A DNA stretch of 62,631 bases, counting the filler, from Choristocarpus tenellus KU-1152 (lineage: Eukaryota; Protista; Phaeophyceae): NCBI GenBank assembly GCA_964200185.2. It is 8 parts of 8 records of this genome, joined end to end, with 100 filler letters (N's around TTAATTAATTAA, not from the genome) between each part and the next. Parts side by side here need not be neighbours in the genome. Positions count along the whole stretch, not along the records: positions 23,738 to 35,089 come from CAXNAD020002375.1; positions 35,190 to 41,490 come from CAXNAD020008437.1; 6 more parts are not named here. One strand, given 5' to 3'. The notes below the pieces were generated by a model that was not told where the DNA came from, did no database searches, and saw only the letters and a list, made by a program, of their open reading frames with translations. Numbering within the stretch: position 1 is the first letter of the stretch; each line of letters begins with the position of its first letter. Positions 25,115-39,599 of this stretch are shown in pieces. The position numbers and the translations under genes were made by a program.

Positions 25115-27259
25115 CAGTAAGAGCGTTTGGAAATCCATCAAAGAATAAGGATAAAGAAACAATACTCAATTTCAATCTTACTATTCCATCCTCCAAGCTG
25201 AGGATTCCCATTCAGAGTCAGCCCAATGGCTTGTTCTGAATGCAGAGCAGGTAGTGAGATTCGACCCCTAGTGACAAGAGAGAGGTTGCACTATGTATCA
25301 TTTTGGTTATTATGGATGTGGTGTCACGTTTCACATACATACGTGGTGTTCAGCCTCGCCAGCCTTCTCTGAAAATGTGATCAGCCTTTCGAAGATGCTA
25401 CTAACACGTCCCTTTATTCATTGTGTTATGTTCTCAAAAACATTCTTTTAGTCTGCACAAGGTACTGGCACTTTGCGAAATTCGCGAATATTATGACCAA
25501 AAAAATCATCCTCGGCAAAACCACCTGTGTTACACCACGCACATCTACTACATATTCCATAGTTCAGTGCTGCTTCCGTCTGCATGTGGAAAGAGAGATG
25601 TTGGAGGGGAAAAAATATGTCATGTTCATGTAGAAGAGGTTCCTATTCTACGTTAACACCTTCCAAAAAGGGGTCCCATCATTTAAGACAAGAGACAGTT
25701 GATATCAGGTAGAAATTCAGATCCCCAAACGCTCAATAGGGTTCCACACACAGATTGAATGGCTCAGGTGAAACATACCAGGTTATCCTGGACTGGTTAT
25801 TTTTTCAAGATTTGCACCCACTTAAGACTTGCAGAGAACTTCACTTACAATGCTACCGATGACACTATCGTTTCTGCATTTATCATAGTGTTGTTGGAAG
25901 TCGGAGGAAGGGAGGGGATGAAAGACAATGGAGTGTTGAGAGCTGACAAGATCTATCGAATAATTCTGGTTAGTGCTTACAAGAGATTGACCGAATATGT
26001 TGACCCCAAGTTTCTTCGATCAACATATTCGGATTATGCACAACTCAAGAAGCTAAATCTTGCACCCATACTATACCTCACAACGTACCATAATGGCCGC
26101 CCAGCACTTGTGCTGTAGGCAAGCGAAAACAATAAAGAAATATAGGTACACCAAATACAAGAAAATACGAGTTGTGGAATGACTCCAAGTGGGTATGAAC
26201 CACAAACACCAAACTGGTGTTGGTCAATGTTTTCATGTTCCCACGAGACTAGTGTGTTGATTGGAATGCAAAATATTGAAGGTCCAGCTTGTCAGGATCA
26301 TAGTCCACCAACATTTTCTAGGTTGAGGGACTATGTGAGTTACAGGTAATGATGGCAAAGGTCAAGGAAATGGAGAAGAGGTATATTGTTCCTTCTTACC
26401 TCCAAGATCTGCTCATAGGAGTTTACTCTCGCCAGGAGCTGGATCTGAGTGTCTTTGTCAAACGAGCCAGCTGTTGTATGGATGCTGGTACTGTTAGGTG
26501 AAAGCTTGATTTTCCCTCTCCCAGATTCATCAAAGGGGTATAAGTTAGAAGTGAGCTTGGATGCATGCTCCTCACGCATGCCAAGAAAGCGGAGGAGAAG
26601 GCAAGATTGCGTGGGCCCATCACCTCCCAAAAAGTCGCTGAACCTGCGTAAAGGAGGGCAGCAATATGGCATGATTTGGGGAGAATTCCAGAATCACTCT
26701 TGAAGGTTATGCTCAGTTCTACCAGCACACGCAGTTGGCAATTGGACACTCCTCTTCATGTTTGCTACGTCTTCCGTTCATTCATCAATACTATTGGCAT
26801 TTCTCATCAAAATGGCGTCTTACCGGGCCCAGAGACCGTTCTGCCTCACACTCATTAAATCCTGATCTGAAATAGTTTGGTTTTTGATGGGTTAGGTCTG
26901 GGGAAACTATGTATGTAATGAGACATTGGGGTAGAAGACCTGGGATCCCACTATGACCTCTGTGAATTTGTAAAAGTGACAATAACCCGTGATACATGAA
27001 AATATCACGGGGTGAGCAGATCAAATATCCCTCCAAATACGTGGCCCTACCCACCAACTTGCTCATAGGCCGAGTCAAAATGTTCTTGTTTGGAACTGTT
27101 TACTGTAACAATTAATAGATGGGACTACCTGCGCACGACAGGTCTCCTGTGTTATTGTGAGCTTGGAGTAAGGGGTATCTTCTGGGAAAATGCTTAAGGT
27201 CATTGCATGGTAATGGGAGAAACTGAAGTATGCCCACACAACACTTACCCTCAGGTTTT

Positions 27260-27428
27260 GACCCAAAGTATCTGGGAGAGGGGTGTAAACCAGAGTGTCC
27301 ATTTGGGACAAAATCAGGAAAGGTGCACTTTCATTATCCAACTTATGGAACCAAATCACCCAAAAATCGCGACATGAAAAAATTGACCCCAAATGGACAG
27401 CTGCTACCCCCCCCAGATACTTTGACCC
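27260..27428 (+). mobile_element. MITE family A, full length (~170 bp)
   Basis: TIRs gacccaaagtatctggg / cccagatactttgaccc. TTTT on both sides. Confidence 0.85.
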
Positions 27429-28179
27429 TTTTCAGAGTGAGTCTGCTTTCAGATATTTGCACTACATTGGCGGTAAGTACTGAACAGATCTGGTCTGACG
27501 CAACCTTACAAATGCAGTTTGGTATCAGCCAAAGCAGTCATGTCAGGCTCTAACTGGACCATAAAGTTGCCGTTCACCAGTGGTTTGACAAAACAAAGCA
27601 TAACCAAAATACTATATCCTGGATACTAGGTATACTTAAAAAAAAAAAGTTTACATTTCCTCGGCAGTTTAGAAATAATTCTGCTTATTACTACCGCAAG
27701 TGAATCCTACGTAAATATGCAGGGTCATCACTACATGGAATTTGCACAAACTCTCAGTCCTATGCCTCCACATTGCTTGAGAAAGTAGGAGATGACAGCT
27801 TGGTACTTGGCATTCACGCTGTTTATTATACTTCTATAATAGAACACAAAGCATGACCAAAAGACACACCCAACTGTATTTAAAACCCTTCTCGAGGTTT
27901 GCACTGATGATACCATGTGAACTAATCACCTAACATGCCCTTCCTAAAATTATTTTCACGTATAGGACTGACTCTAGGTGCGTAGTGCTGCCAATTTTGT
28001 AGGCATCTAGTTCTTGCAGGAACTTGCCTGGTAGCACATATTCTCAACGTTAATGAATCACACAACAAATTTATCGGGGTCAGCTTGTCTCAGCCATCTT
28101 GAGACACCAGAGCTCCTTTCCTCACGCTTAAGAACACTTCTTTCACAGATCGTGGCAACTACCAGTATACTTGCCTTAC

Positions 28180-31100
28180 AGGGAGATAGATCTCGTCTTG
28201 CCCTCTCAGTTGACAGTGTGCGGAGACCATGCGACGTACAGGTACTTCCATATTTTCCGCTTCCATCTGGGTGGAGCAAAGATTCAACACCCATGTGAAT
28301 TCATGCGACAAAGGAATCAAAGCGGTAGTTGTTGAGCAAGTGTCACGCAAAAGGCACGTACTGCGCATTTATATCACTTCGGGGCTACATTGCACTTTAT
28401 ATACCTGGTTTAATGTCAAAATATTGATATCATTGAGTCAAAGTAAACAAGAGGTACCCAGGTTTTGGTAGATTTGTATTTGAAGTTTGTTTTCTATCTT
28501 TTGCAATTTGCCCATAATACTATGGATGAAGTACTCAGTATATGCACACAAAACATTAGCTGGCCTGTTCATATATGCGTTGAAATCAGCACAGCACACT
28601 CGTAAATCCAAACAAGGTTTGAATATTTGGCCATTTCTCAATGACTAATTTGCTAACACTGAGGATGAAAACCGAACAATATTGTACTCTTCAAACAGGA
28701 ACTATATACACGGATGCTGTCACACATTCAGTGGTGAATAAGTGTATCTATCGTCAGATCCCATCACCACCTCCCCCCTTTAATCCTAACAAATGTTCGA
28801 TTTGTAGTGGAGTAAGAAGTTGTGGGAGACAACGGAGGGGTTAATTGGGGCAGAAAATGTTGGAGGTTTTTGCTGTGTAGGAGGGCCTTGGTCTGTGATG
28901 TGTTCATGATTTATGTAGAATTTTCTGTTGGTCACCATGAACGGGAAAGTAAGTAACAGATCCCACACCTATACATGAACCTTTGGCTTACCTGAAGTTC
29001 ATATTTGACCAAGGTCGTTAGTGTTTAAGCGGACAAGCATGTAGATGGGATGGGAGGAAAGGAAACGAAGTGTTGACAGGAGGTTGTGCCGAGTGTAAGG
29101 AATCGTTGAGGGGCGTTTGTTTGCCCAATGCATGGAAGTAGGTATCACGTTTGGAGGGAGAAACTGTTTGTGAGACTTGGAGCCAGTCCTGCCGTACCTA
29201 CCTACCCAGTACGGCAATCTCATTTGAAGTCCTACACAATGGCATGCATGTGTAGAGTTTAAGAGTTGAAGCGTGCACAATTAAATACCCCCACTTCACC
29301 CTGCAATAAAACATATATACTGCGTGCAAGATGTTGAAGTGGTACTGGGATTGTCGCCTAGCAGAAGACAACCACCATTTTTACGCTACACAAGCAGTTA
29401 CGAGATATGAATTTGGAAAATGATCATGGTGGTAGTAAACTTAACATTGCCTTGCAACTCCTTCGAGACAATTGCAACATTTGTCGCTCATTTATTCATG
29501 TGCCAGCGCAAGATTCGAAATAGTGGAAACCGGCAGTGTATGTTGGGGTGCAGGAATGCTCACATGCATTCAACGGACCTCTAATGGCCAGCAGCAATAT
29601 CACCCAATTGTGACATTCCAAGTGGCATTACTAGTTGATGTAATTGCACAATGAACACCATACAGGAGGATTGTATCTGTCCTTCATTTCAAACTTTGTT
29701 CGACATGAAGTCTGTCAAGGCTGCATGCAGCTCCAACATCAAGAGCAAAAAGTACTTGAAAAAAGGTTTATATCTACAACAACCAACAATGTTTTTCGGC
29801 CTTTTCACTTCGTCAATATATCCTCACAAACAAACCACTGCGATTCATTTCCAAGTCCCACTCCACGTCCCTGTACCACAACAATATCAAGACAAAACGA
29901 ACAACTCTTGGCTCACCTTTATTCCATCAGCCATGTCAAGACCTCTTAATATCTCCAAGTAGGTCATGTTGTGCTGACTAGGCTGAACAACATCTTCTCG
30001 GTTTCAAAAGTGGCAACAGGGGTCGAAAAGCTGAAGTTACTAGTGTAATTAAACTATATATTCATCTGAATGGCTGAAGTATAATAACACTTGGATTCAG
30101 AATATCACCTATCAACACACTGGACTGTAAGGCAAACATAGAGGCGCACTTTAGAGTGTACACTAGCCCAAATACTACGCAGAGTACTGTCCAATAGTAT
30201 TTTAGTATTCAGTACAACATCAGATATATGTATAATGTGTTGAGAAGTATCTGGCAGTAAGGTCGTACTTTTCTCACGTATCTGTGGGTTTCTGATAATA
30301 CCACTGCTACAACAAATGCATCCTTAGCAGTTGGTATGAATGTGCTTGCCTATCTCACACCCATGTTAGATCAAGGTACTGTAGTGGTAAACAATGGTTG
30401 AGATTTCTTCAAAAAGGTAATGCAATCGAAAGATGGTCTACCTGAGAAGAACTGACTACAACATACAAAGTAGGATTTACATGCCCGTGCAATTAGACAG
30501 TCACTAAGCAAATAGGATATGACACCAAAATAATGGTTTCAAAATTACGTTCACCATCGTCATACCTACTATACGTTCGTTCACCTGGAAAGAGTTTATC
30601 GTAGTTGTGACCGGAATCCGTCTCCCATGATTCAGTTCCCCTCAAATGGTAATTGTATGCTGTAATGAGAAGAGCGCCAAGTGTGTACCAAAGGTTTTCA
30701 CTAAAACACAACAATAATAGGGGAGAGAGGGGATTTGAAATAATCACAGCTATGGGACTATATTTTGATAGTATATCAACCAGAAAAACTGAGCATGATG
30801 ACATTTCGGTGAGACTGAAGTTCTGGACAAGAAATAATTGAGGAGAGTTTTGCGAATCAGTGGACTCACCTTGGTCAACGGCTCAGCCTTGTAAGTCGGA
30901 CACATAACTTTAATCTGTTAGGGGAAATATCAACCAAATAACCCATCTATGCGGCCAAATTTTCTATTCTTACTAGGTCATACCATCATTTCAAAACTCT
31001 CTTCATAGTGAGATAGCTCAAACTCGAGTTGGGCCCTTCCCCATCACAATTCACATTAATTGCTCTTCAAAGTCTTTCAATACCTCTTTTGTGCAGAGGG

Positions 31101-32293
31101 CTTGGATAGGTCTTCAATAGTACTAGGTGACTAGACAGATTTTTTCGTGGAAGAAAATAATGATAATACAGCAAGGGGCAATTGGAAATAGGGATAAGGC
31201 ACTCACAACTGTCTTCCCTAACAAAACAGTGGTGTCTCTATATTTGACACCAACATGAAACATAGAGTACAGAACATATCAAAAAAGACCTTGTACAGGG
31301 CGAAGCTGTTAGTGTGGATCCAACACAGAATGGTTGTAGGTAGTCCAATTCTACCTCCATGACTGAAGATGTTGGAAAATACTTCATTGGGTGTGCGCAA
31401 AAAAATAGCGACCAGCAAAAAAGCCATTTTGTAGAGCAAAAGCTATTGGGTGGAGTAAAAAAACATGTGTCTTCGTTTTGTACCTGAGAGAATCAAATCA
31501 AAGGGATTCCTGATAAAGTGAACGATCTTGGCTCTACCCCGGTCAGCATCCTTCATAGGAGTGCACTCCTCTTCAGGAGCAAATTGTGAGCAAAATGCAA
31601 GACCAACAACACCATACCCTTCATCCTCCTGTTCCCTGGACACACAAATAATATAGGAAGGCAAAGGCAATAAGAGGAGGACACTTTGAATTACATATGA
31701 AGGAACTGGAAGAGGAGGGTCAAAGTATCTTAGAGGTTACAGCCATCTCCATTTGGGGGCAAAAATTCCATGTTGCAATTTTGTTAAATTTTGGCTATCA
31801 TGTTTGTTAGGAGAAATATCCTTTTTCTGAACACACCTTTTTAAAATGTGTACAATTTACCTCCTCCAAAACATTTTGGAGTTGGAAAATGTCATAAAAA
31901 CCACGTGGGAAGCCAAGCTCCAAATGGACTAACAGCGAAAAACTCCTACCCTCTAAGATACTCTCACTCGGAGTTTGTGTAGTGGCATTGAGCTAGTGAT
32001 CTGACCAGTACAAAGCACGAGATCGGCCCTTTGAAATCCTGCTTTGCAATACGGCATGGAACTATATTAGTAACCCTCACTCAAAGGAAAAGACAGAAAG
32101 GATACGTATCCCCATGAAATGTCATGTCCACATAGAGCACACACCTCAAATGGGTTATACCGGATCCACATTCCCACTCCTGTGGTGCATGCTGGGGCTC
32201 ACCAGCTTCAATTGCAACATTGTAGCAATACCGTTGTATGGCCCTGAGAAAACGGTGTCCAAACACAGTCCCTGATTTATGCACGCTTCCGAA
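28180..32293 (-). CDS. Sulfotransferase-like protein (PAPS-binding motifs), spliced; ends uncertain
   Basis: Exon 32293-32145 FGSVHKSGTVFGHRFL (5'-PSB-like HKSGT). Exon 31635-31484 AKIVHFIRNPFDLILS (3'-PB RNP.D...S) splices in phase to 30659-30585 (AYNYHLRGTESWE). A probable further exon lies at 28266-28180. Confidence 0.7.
31717..31969. mobile_element. MITE family B copy (intronic)
   Basis: gggtcaaagtatcttagagg...ccctctaagatactctcactc, with GGA on both sides. Confidence 0.85.
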
Positions 32294-34914
32294 CTGTAAA
32301 TAAAAGGCCAGGAGTAAAGTGAACAATTAGGCCTATAGCTGCAGCACATCCACAACACAGCATTAAAAACACTGAAGGAGGGTATGTTGTGAATATCAGT
32401 GCCCTGTCACCCGTCTTGTGGCACAGAGCAAGGTTATCTTGTTATTTATATTCTGATAAATGCACTTCCTTCAGTTATCTCTTCTGGTTGTTCGCTCTGT
32501 CCACTATTTGGTAATCCGATAAACCAGAAGGTGCAATGTTGATAATGTCCGTGAGGGATTCTAGAGTCAAATATGACCTATGGCAGCAATCTTTTTTTAA
32601 GTCTTCCCTGTGCTTGGGGCGTCACCTATGTGTTAAATGATCTCTGCAGTCAGTTGCACCTAATCTGCTAGGTAATTGCATCGGAAAAAAAGAGTCGCTC
32701 ATGGGCACTGAGTCAAAGTAAACTAGAGATACCCAAATGTTGCAAAACGGGCAAAATCTGGGTACTCCCGTTTGCTTTGGCTCAATGTGTCAAGTGAGAC
32801 ACGGAGGTTGATTATGAAACAATGGGCAAGGGGATCGGGACTTGCAGGAGTGTTACCATTCATTTTTTGTTTTGTGTATATTTCCACCAGGAAATCAATA
32901 TAAAGTCAAACATGCAAAGGAAGAGGTAAAAACCGGGGTTCACCGTCACAGTACGATGGAAAACCTTCAGATGTGAAGAAGTCAACGCAAGGAGGGGTTG
33001 TGCAATTCTGCACTTCGTTCTCAGAAAGAGAAAAGATGTAACTAACCGCAGTCTGGAGTGTACCATCTTAGGATTCCATCTAAAAAAATACGAAAATTTT
33101 TCTAATTCGGTGAGGAGTTGCTAGCTCGGTAGTTAGGGCAAGATTGATTGCATCAAAATATTCAATGGGGCATAATCTTGTCTGTGTAGAAGATAACAAG
33201 ATTCTGTGTACCAAGAAACCTTCAGTTTGACAAAATTATGTGGTAACTCCATTCAGATATTGTACAAAAAATATACGGCAGAGTTATCCATTCAAAGCGA
33301 TACTGCAAACGATAGATGAAGGACGGGATGAGGGGAGGAGTAAATCTTGTCGCAACCAAGATGTGAAATATCGCTCAGCATTATGAAATATAGCCATAGG
33401 TTAGGTTGCTGCTCATTCCACAACAAACAACCAGTGTGTGGATGGATGGAGGGTAGTTCATCGAAGCTTTGAACTACCGCTGCTCTAGGCTTTATAACTC
33501 GAGGATCGGTTTTGAATACCCATTCATGCATGGCATGTCTTTGACATGTTAAGTAGTACTTGCATTTAAGACCTCAAAGCTCCAACCCTTCAAACATTCA
33601 CTGCCAACCAAAAAATAAGATGGATTGCATGACTTTCACCAATGAAAATAAATTGACTCTAATTCATATGGTGGAGATGGAGGATGAATCAAAATGCTGA
33701 TATAATGAGCTGCGAGCTTACCTCCACTGAAAGGTTGTTCTCTCCAAAGCATGTAGATGAAATGCTCTCCGGAAAATCAAGAGGGTGCTTGGAGTAGACC
33801 TTGCAGTGGTGTTTTGTGTTGGTAGAAAGGGGGATGGTGCTCAATGCCATGCAATACTGCGCAAAACCTGTAGCCTACAAAACTTTTCCAGTATATTGAG
33901 CATAATGTACCTGATCTCACACTCTGAAAAATGCTAGTGTCGATATATCATGTATCCCAGGATCCACACAGCTGTGCCCGGAGCGATATTTTAACAAATT
34001 ACAAATAAGGAGATGGGAGGGCACCACAACACTACAACACCACTTTCTGTTGTCCCCTTACTTGAATCCACCGTGTCAAGTTTTGCATCCAATTGGTACT
34101 TATAAATCCTGCTACTACTTTGCTGACAGATGAACTGTGAAGGTCATTATCTACAGAATTCGTTGTAGAAAATGGCTATTTATCCAAGCACTGAAGCGAG
34201 TGCAATCTACCAAAACATCCTCTCTCTGGACCTAGCCCTAAACGTTTGAGATTGCGCATGAAATGCATGCTATAACTGCATGTAGATGGGAGAGATGATG
34301 ACATGCTTTGATTAATAATAATGCAGAGTGAAACCATCACTACTTCATCACTGGATTGTGGTTGAGGGAGGGAAGCAAGATGCACAGGAAGTCTGCAAAG
34401 AGAATAATGAAACAAATAGGGTGTGTTGCCCTTACTCATGTACAATAGGAAATGACATGAGGTTGCTCAAAATCTGCTTTAATGTGAACTTACATTATTA
34501 TGCCAGGATGATATAGGAAGGAAGTAGGTTGTACACACACGTACCCTATACATCTCCATATATATGCACACCCCCTACGCTTCAAAAAAATGGTATGCTG
34601 TTTTGAGTCATACCTCTCTGCAATACCCCTCCTCCAAGGTAGGAACCTTTGGCCATCCAGCTGCAATGCTCTCAATGGTCAGCAGGAGCCCAGCGAGGCT
34701 TAACCAGGAATTATCCAGCAATTGAACAAGGAATTGCATCCCTATATAAAGCAATCAATCACTTAGCCCTTAGTGCACCATCAACTTACTTTGCTATAAA
34801 TAGAAACAGGGATGACTCCATTCAATTTTGTTTGTTGCTGCAGCATGTGGAGGCCGTGTTAGAGGGAGGTATTGGAGGAAAGAAATGATGGTAAGTTTTG
34901 CAACTTGATGCATT

Positions 34915-35083
34915 GGCTCAAAGTATCTGGGGGGGGATGGCGGCTGTCCATTTGGGACCAATTTTTTCATATTGCGATTTTTGGGTGATTTGGTTCCATA
35001 CATTGGATGGATAATAAAAGTGCAATTTTCCTGGTTTTGGTCCAAATGGACACTCTGGTGTAGACCCCCCCCCCCCCCCCCCC
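34915..35083 (-). mobile_element. MITE family A copy (inverted, at contig end)
   Basis: ggctcaaagtatctggggg...ctgtccatttggg...ctggtgtagacccccc, then the gap. Confidence 0.85.
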
Positions 35084-35958
35084 CATTGTNNNNNNNNNNN
35101 NNNNNNNNNNNNNNNNNNNNNNNNNNNNNNNNNTTAATTAATTAANNNNNNNNNNNNNNNNNNNNNNNNNNNNNNNNNNNNNNNNNNNNCTTCACATTTG
35201 CATCAACCCTTTTCCATGGTTGGTCGCAACTCATCAGTCAAAGACGAAGGTCTCCCCTCTTTACAAATGTGTTTCTGGTGGAGTGTCATTAATCACCTCT
35301 TGAAATCAACCTCTACATTCCATTACCGCGTAAGATCACAATCTAGTTGATTCAGAATGACCACCTCTCAAGGATGACTACCTCCTCTGCAAACTCTACA
35401 GCACAATATCTTCACAAGATCAGACGGTTTTGTAACAATTTCAACCTGCTTTATCCAACATGCAACACGGTAAAACCTATGAATCCCACAACCAATCTTT
35501 CCAAAATACAGGCTCCACCCTGTAGAACTACTCACCATCAGTACCTGGATTTGAAACCACAAGATCGATATTTTGATCATTGCCTATCTCTCTCCCCTGC
35601 CCCATACCTATTTCTTTTATACCGAGGGGGTTCTATACCCAGCGATTTGCTATGGTTTGATGAGTCAGGGTACAATACCTACTGATTGAGCCACCAATAA
35701 CGTGGACTTCCGTGAGAAGATCAACATCAATCTGACTTAGTGATCCCATGGAAATGAAGAACATGAATCCATGTGGGCTACCCGTTCCCAGTTTCGCTTT
35801 TAATTTGTGAAAGAAGGGTGCAGGTAGGTGTATTTTTCTGTTATGATCCCTCGCAATCTAAATTCTCCCTTCCCCATAAACGCACATACGACATCGATCA
35901 GATTTGAACCCATGCATTCCTTCACCAGAACGACCACTGCCACAGTAAAAATAAAAGA

Positions 35959-36030
35959 AGCGCCGACTCGGGATCGAACCAAGGACCCGTAGAGCTGCAA
36001 TCTACTGCTCTACCACTGAGCTATCAGCGC
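35959..36030 (-). tRNA. tRNA-Cys (GCA)
   Basis: GCGCTGATAGCTCAGTGGTAGAGCAGTAGATTGCAGCTCTACGGGTCCTTGGTTCGATCCCGAGTCGGCGCT folds into a full cloverleaf with GCA anticodon, U73 discriminator and A/B boxes. A downstream T-run could serve as the Pol III terminator. Confidence 0.92.
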
Positions 36031-39000
36031 GTTGATGTCTTATCTAGTCGCCACAGCCCTCATCAACTCGTACAACTGGTTCTACCACACACATACAGTT
36101 AGTTGGTGGCGCCATCTAATCCAAGACTTGACAATAAAAAAGATCTATCTTCTTCTCCAGGAGGAACGAACAAACAGCGTTTGGAATGGTGTTCCTTGCA
36201 TTCCTTGTGAATAAACGGCCCGAGTAGGACCCGCAATCCCCACAACCCATCCATCATACACATTTCTTCGGGGGGGAAATGAAGTGTATATAAGGTGTGG
36301 AAAGGGAAGTCCCATTGGTCAACTTTCTGCAAGAGAGGATGGAGGGTGGAGGGCGGAGGGTGGAGATAGCATTCGAGCCGTATGATCGTATGTACTTCTT
36401 GTATTCTTGGTCTTGCGGTGCTACTCGCCCAGCAGGCCATACCAAGCATCAGCAGAAGGATCAGTGGAGAGATTTTGTCGAGGTGAAGCCTTTTCGACAA
36501 GTTATTGTCGTGAGTTTATTCTTTCCCTCCCCTACCAGCCAGAAGATAGTTTGAAGGACGTTTCCTGGTGATGAAATTTGTTGTATACGTGCCTTCTAGG
36601 TGTTTCCTTGATCGACAATGTGTATGGAATCAAAGTCCTGGGAAAGTTATGGAAGGTTTTGATATTGTATTGTCAATACTCTGATACCATTGGCAACTTC
36701 CTCATCTTTCTCTTACATCCGTTTTGAGCTGTTAAATTTTGAGACCCAAAGGGATGCTCTCTGCCGGGGTGGATGAGTGATATGCAATGTCACAGAACAA
36801 AGGGCGCCTCCAGGCCATCTGTTCCTTGAAGTTGAGTTTTGGCGAATTCGATTGGTTAGGCTAAATCAGGCAGATCGATGTGTTGTTTTGATTGGTTCTC
36901 TCGAGCTTGAATGGGGACTGCTCTTTGTTGTCTTCGGTTCCAAAAGGGAGGAGGAGCGGCTCATGCAAGTAATCTTGGGGTTGCTTAATCGATCAGATCT
37001 GCAGATTGAGAACCTATTTCTTACGTGGAATTTGGTATGGATTTCTTGTCAGACTTGAGTTACATTGGCGACGAGGTAGGAAGTCTGCTGTAGCACAAGG
37101 GAAGGAGCTACTGCTCGCCTGCAGCCTGTCGATCAACCAGACAACCAGCCAAATCAGCCAAGCCAGCCAAACCAGCCCTGACCAGGCGCTTCAATTCAAA
37201 TTTTCGTTATGAAAGTTGTTTTTCTCACCTTGTCACATAGCGACACACAGACAGTAATACGTAATATTACCCCTCAATTGGTGAAGGCCTGATGCATGGC
37301 TCGCGAGATAGAAGATGTGGCGGGCCGCCATGACAAGATGTTTTGTTTTCATAATTTCTTTTGAGTGTATTTGTCATACATGCTTTGTTTTCGCATAACC
37401 TACATTCACACAATACATTGTTTGGATCTTGTGTTAGATAGATAATACAAAGAAGATTGACGGAATCACGAAAATAGTTTAACCTACATACCCGTAATGT
37501 CTAGTATTTTCTGAAGGAATGGAAATGGGGACAAGCGGTTGACGTCCTTCTGCTTGTGTTTCAAGTCAAAACTCATGTACTGTACAACAAGTATCAGTAT
37601 CGTAAACATACGTACACTGTGTTCGTATTATGCTTACAATACTTCAGTTGAAAGGTTGGACGTTAGATCGGTTATTACCCAGAACACCTCAGTCGAGGTT
37701 AAATATAGCAAATAACACACGATTTATCCTTAGCATGCACGAATTAACACGAAGAAAGTGCAAGTTGAGCCAAAATAATTTGAGAGGTAGGCAGGTTTGG
37801 GTCCTTTTCATTCTAAGCCACCTTTGCTACCCTGTCCAATACACCCTATTCAATGCTTGATGTGCACAATAGTGTACGCAAATTGATACATTCCCCTTTC
37901 CACACACAGAATGACATCACAATTCAGGAAAGAACTTTCTCCATGGTACAGATCGATTGGCGTCTTTTGCCCTTTCTCGGGAACTTGAAACGCGATCTTG
38001 CTTACCTCTCAATATTTTTGGACCTTTTAATTCACTTGATGAAACTGCCAGTACATGAAGTAGGGTAGGTGCTTGACGCATGTGTAACGTAAGGAGGCTT
38101 GTACTATCATGAGGCAAGCGACTCCCTGACTGGTGAGTGGTCCTGCTGGAGGCAAAAAAATATGACTCAACACTTTAGCCTGTCTTCTTGTTCCATCACC
38201 GATCCAGACCGTAGCAAACAGGTGGGTTGCCTGTTTTTTGTTGTCAATGCAGCATATATGTAGTGGAAGGGTAAGGTAGATTAAATATCCATGGTTGGTA
38301 TTGTGTGTTTGGAATAGACAGTGATAGCAAGTTCCGCATGACCTTCTTTTATGAGGGTACATTGGTGTGGGAGCCGTGTCGTGAAATGATTGGCTTGGGT
38401 CATACGTGGGTGTGCAATGTCGAGCTTTTGACTAAGTGGGCTGTAATTGTGGTTTGAGTCGATATAAACGAGAGGTACCAAGGTTTTGGTCATTTTGCAT
38501 TTAAAGACATTTTTTCGATCTTTTCCAATTCACCAATATCTCTATGATGACGCACTAAGTTTGACTTGAATAGCATAGACTTCTTTATCACTTGACTCTT
38601 TTAGACATAATTAAGAAACATCCTACACAATTTGGCAAATTATTTTTCCAAAATTGCACATATTTGTCAGCATCCTTAAAATGAAACTCTTGGTTACTTT
38701 GACTTTTTGTTTGTTGTTTCTTTGCTCCTTCTTTGTTCCCGTTGAATAGTTGTCTCCTCTCATGTCAGCTAGATTAGTATATCATGCATAATGCCAACCT
38801 GGTAGTTGACGAGGTGGAGCACCATCACAGCACCAGGGATAGTTTGGCGGTAGCTCCTTTTTGACTGTATGACTTTCGTTTTCATAGCTTCTTCATCAAA
38901 TAAAAATCACACAGAAGTCGCATCTTTCGTTTGTCTTCTATCCAATGACTCAGACTCATAACATAATCTTTTCTCCACTTTTATTCAAGCCTGGTCATTA

Positions 39001-39173
39001 ACATCAGCGCCACACTCGGAAGGACTTCATTGGGTCACAAATTTACCTATGTCATAATGAGCCTCACATGCTTCCCACTCAAAAGAAAACTACTGCCTTG
39101 CTACACATGGTGCTATGCACGGTATTGTACCTTGTCGACAGTAGCCATGTTGGCAGGATGATAGCTACAGTTT

Positions 39174-39353
39174 GAATCAAAGTTTTGTGGGGGAGGGTGT
39201 CGGCTGTCCATTCAGGAGCCATTTTTCCATGTCACGATATTTGTGTTATTTGGTTGCATGTGTGCGATGGATAATATAAGTGCACTTCTCCTGGTTAGGG
39301 CCCGAATGGACACCCTGGTGTAGACCCCCCCCCCCCCACAGATATTTTGAGCC
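39174..39353 (-). mobile_element. MITE family A copy (inverted, diverged)
   Basis: gaatcaaagttttgtgggg...ggacaccctggtgtagacccc...gatattttgagcc, with TTT flanks. Confidence 0.75.
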
Positions 39354-39599
39354 TTTTTGCATGAAATCAACTCCTAGTATCTGGTTGACACAATGAAGTG
39401 TTACAGGCGACATGTCTTGATGGTAGTTTCATATAAACCACTACGGCCTTGAGATCCTAGATTTCATATATTGTACTTCTTGACTACTCCGGAGCATTTA
39501 TTTATTTTTTAGTCAATATGATATAGCATCTAGGTCGTATATCGTTGCCAGTTCCTTTCCTACTTTATAATACTTATGAAGTGAATAATCGAAGGGAGG

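Noticed and set aside
25421-26860. Cluster of 60-120 aa ORFs with coding-like composition
   Set aside because: Broken by stops and frameshifts, with no recognisable motif or consistent splice pattern. Probably a decayed element.
34490-34800. Faint resemblance to a PIF/Harbinger transposase
   Set aside because: Catalytic motifs not identifiable.
35190-38900. Possible retroelement or viral relics around the tRNA
   Set aside because: No RT (YxDD), integrase or capsid motif could be read.
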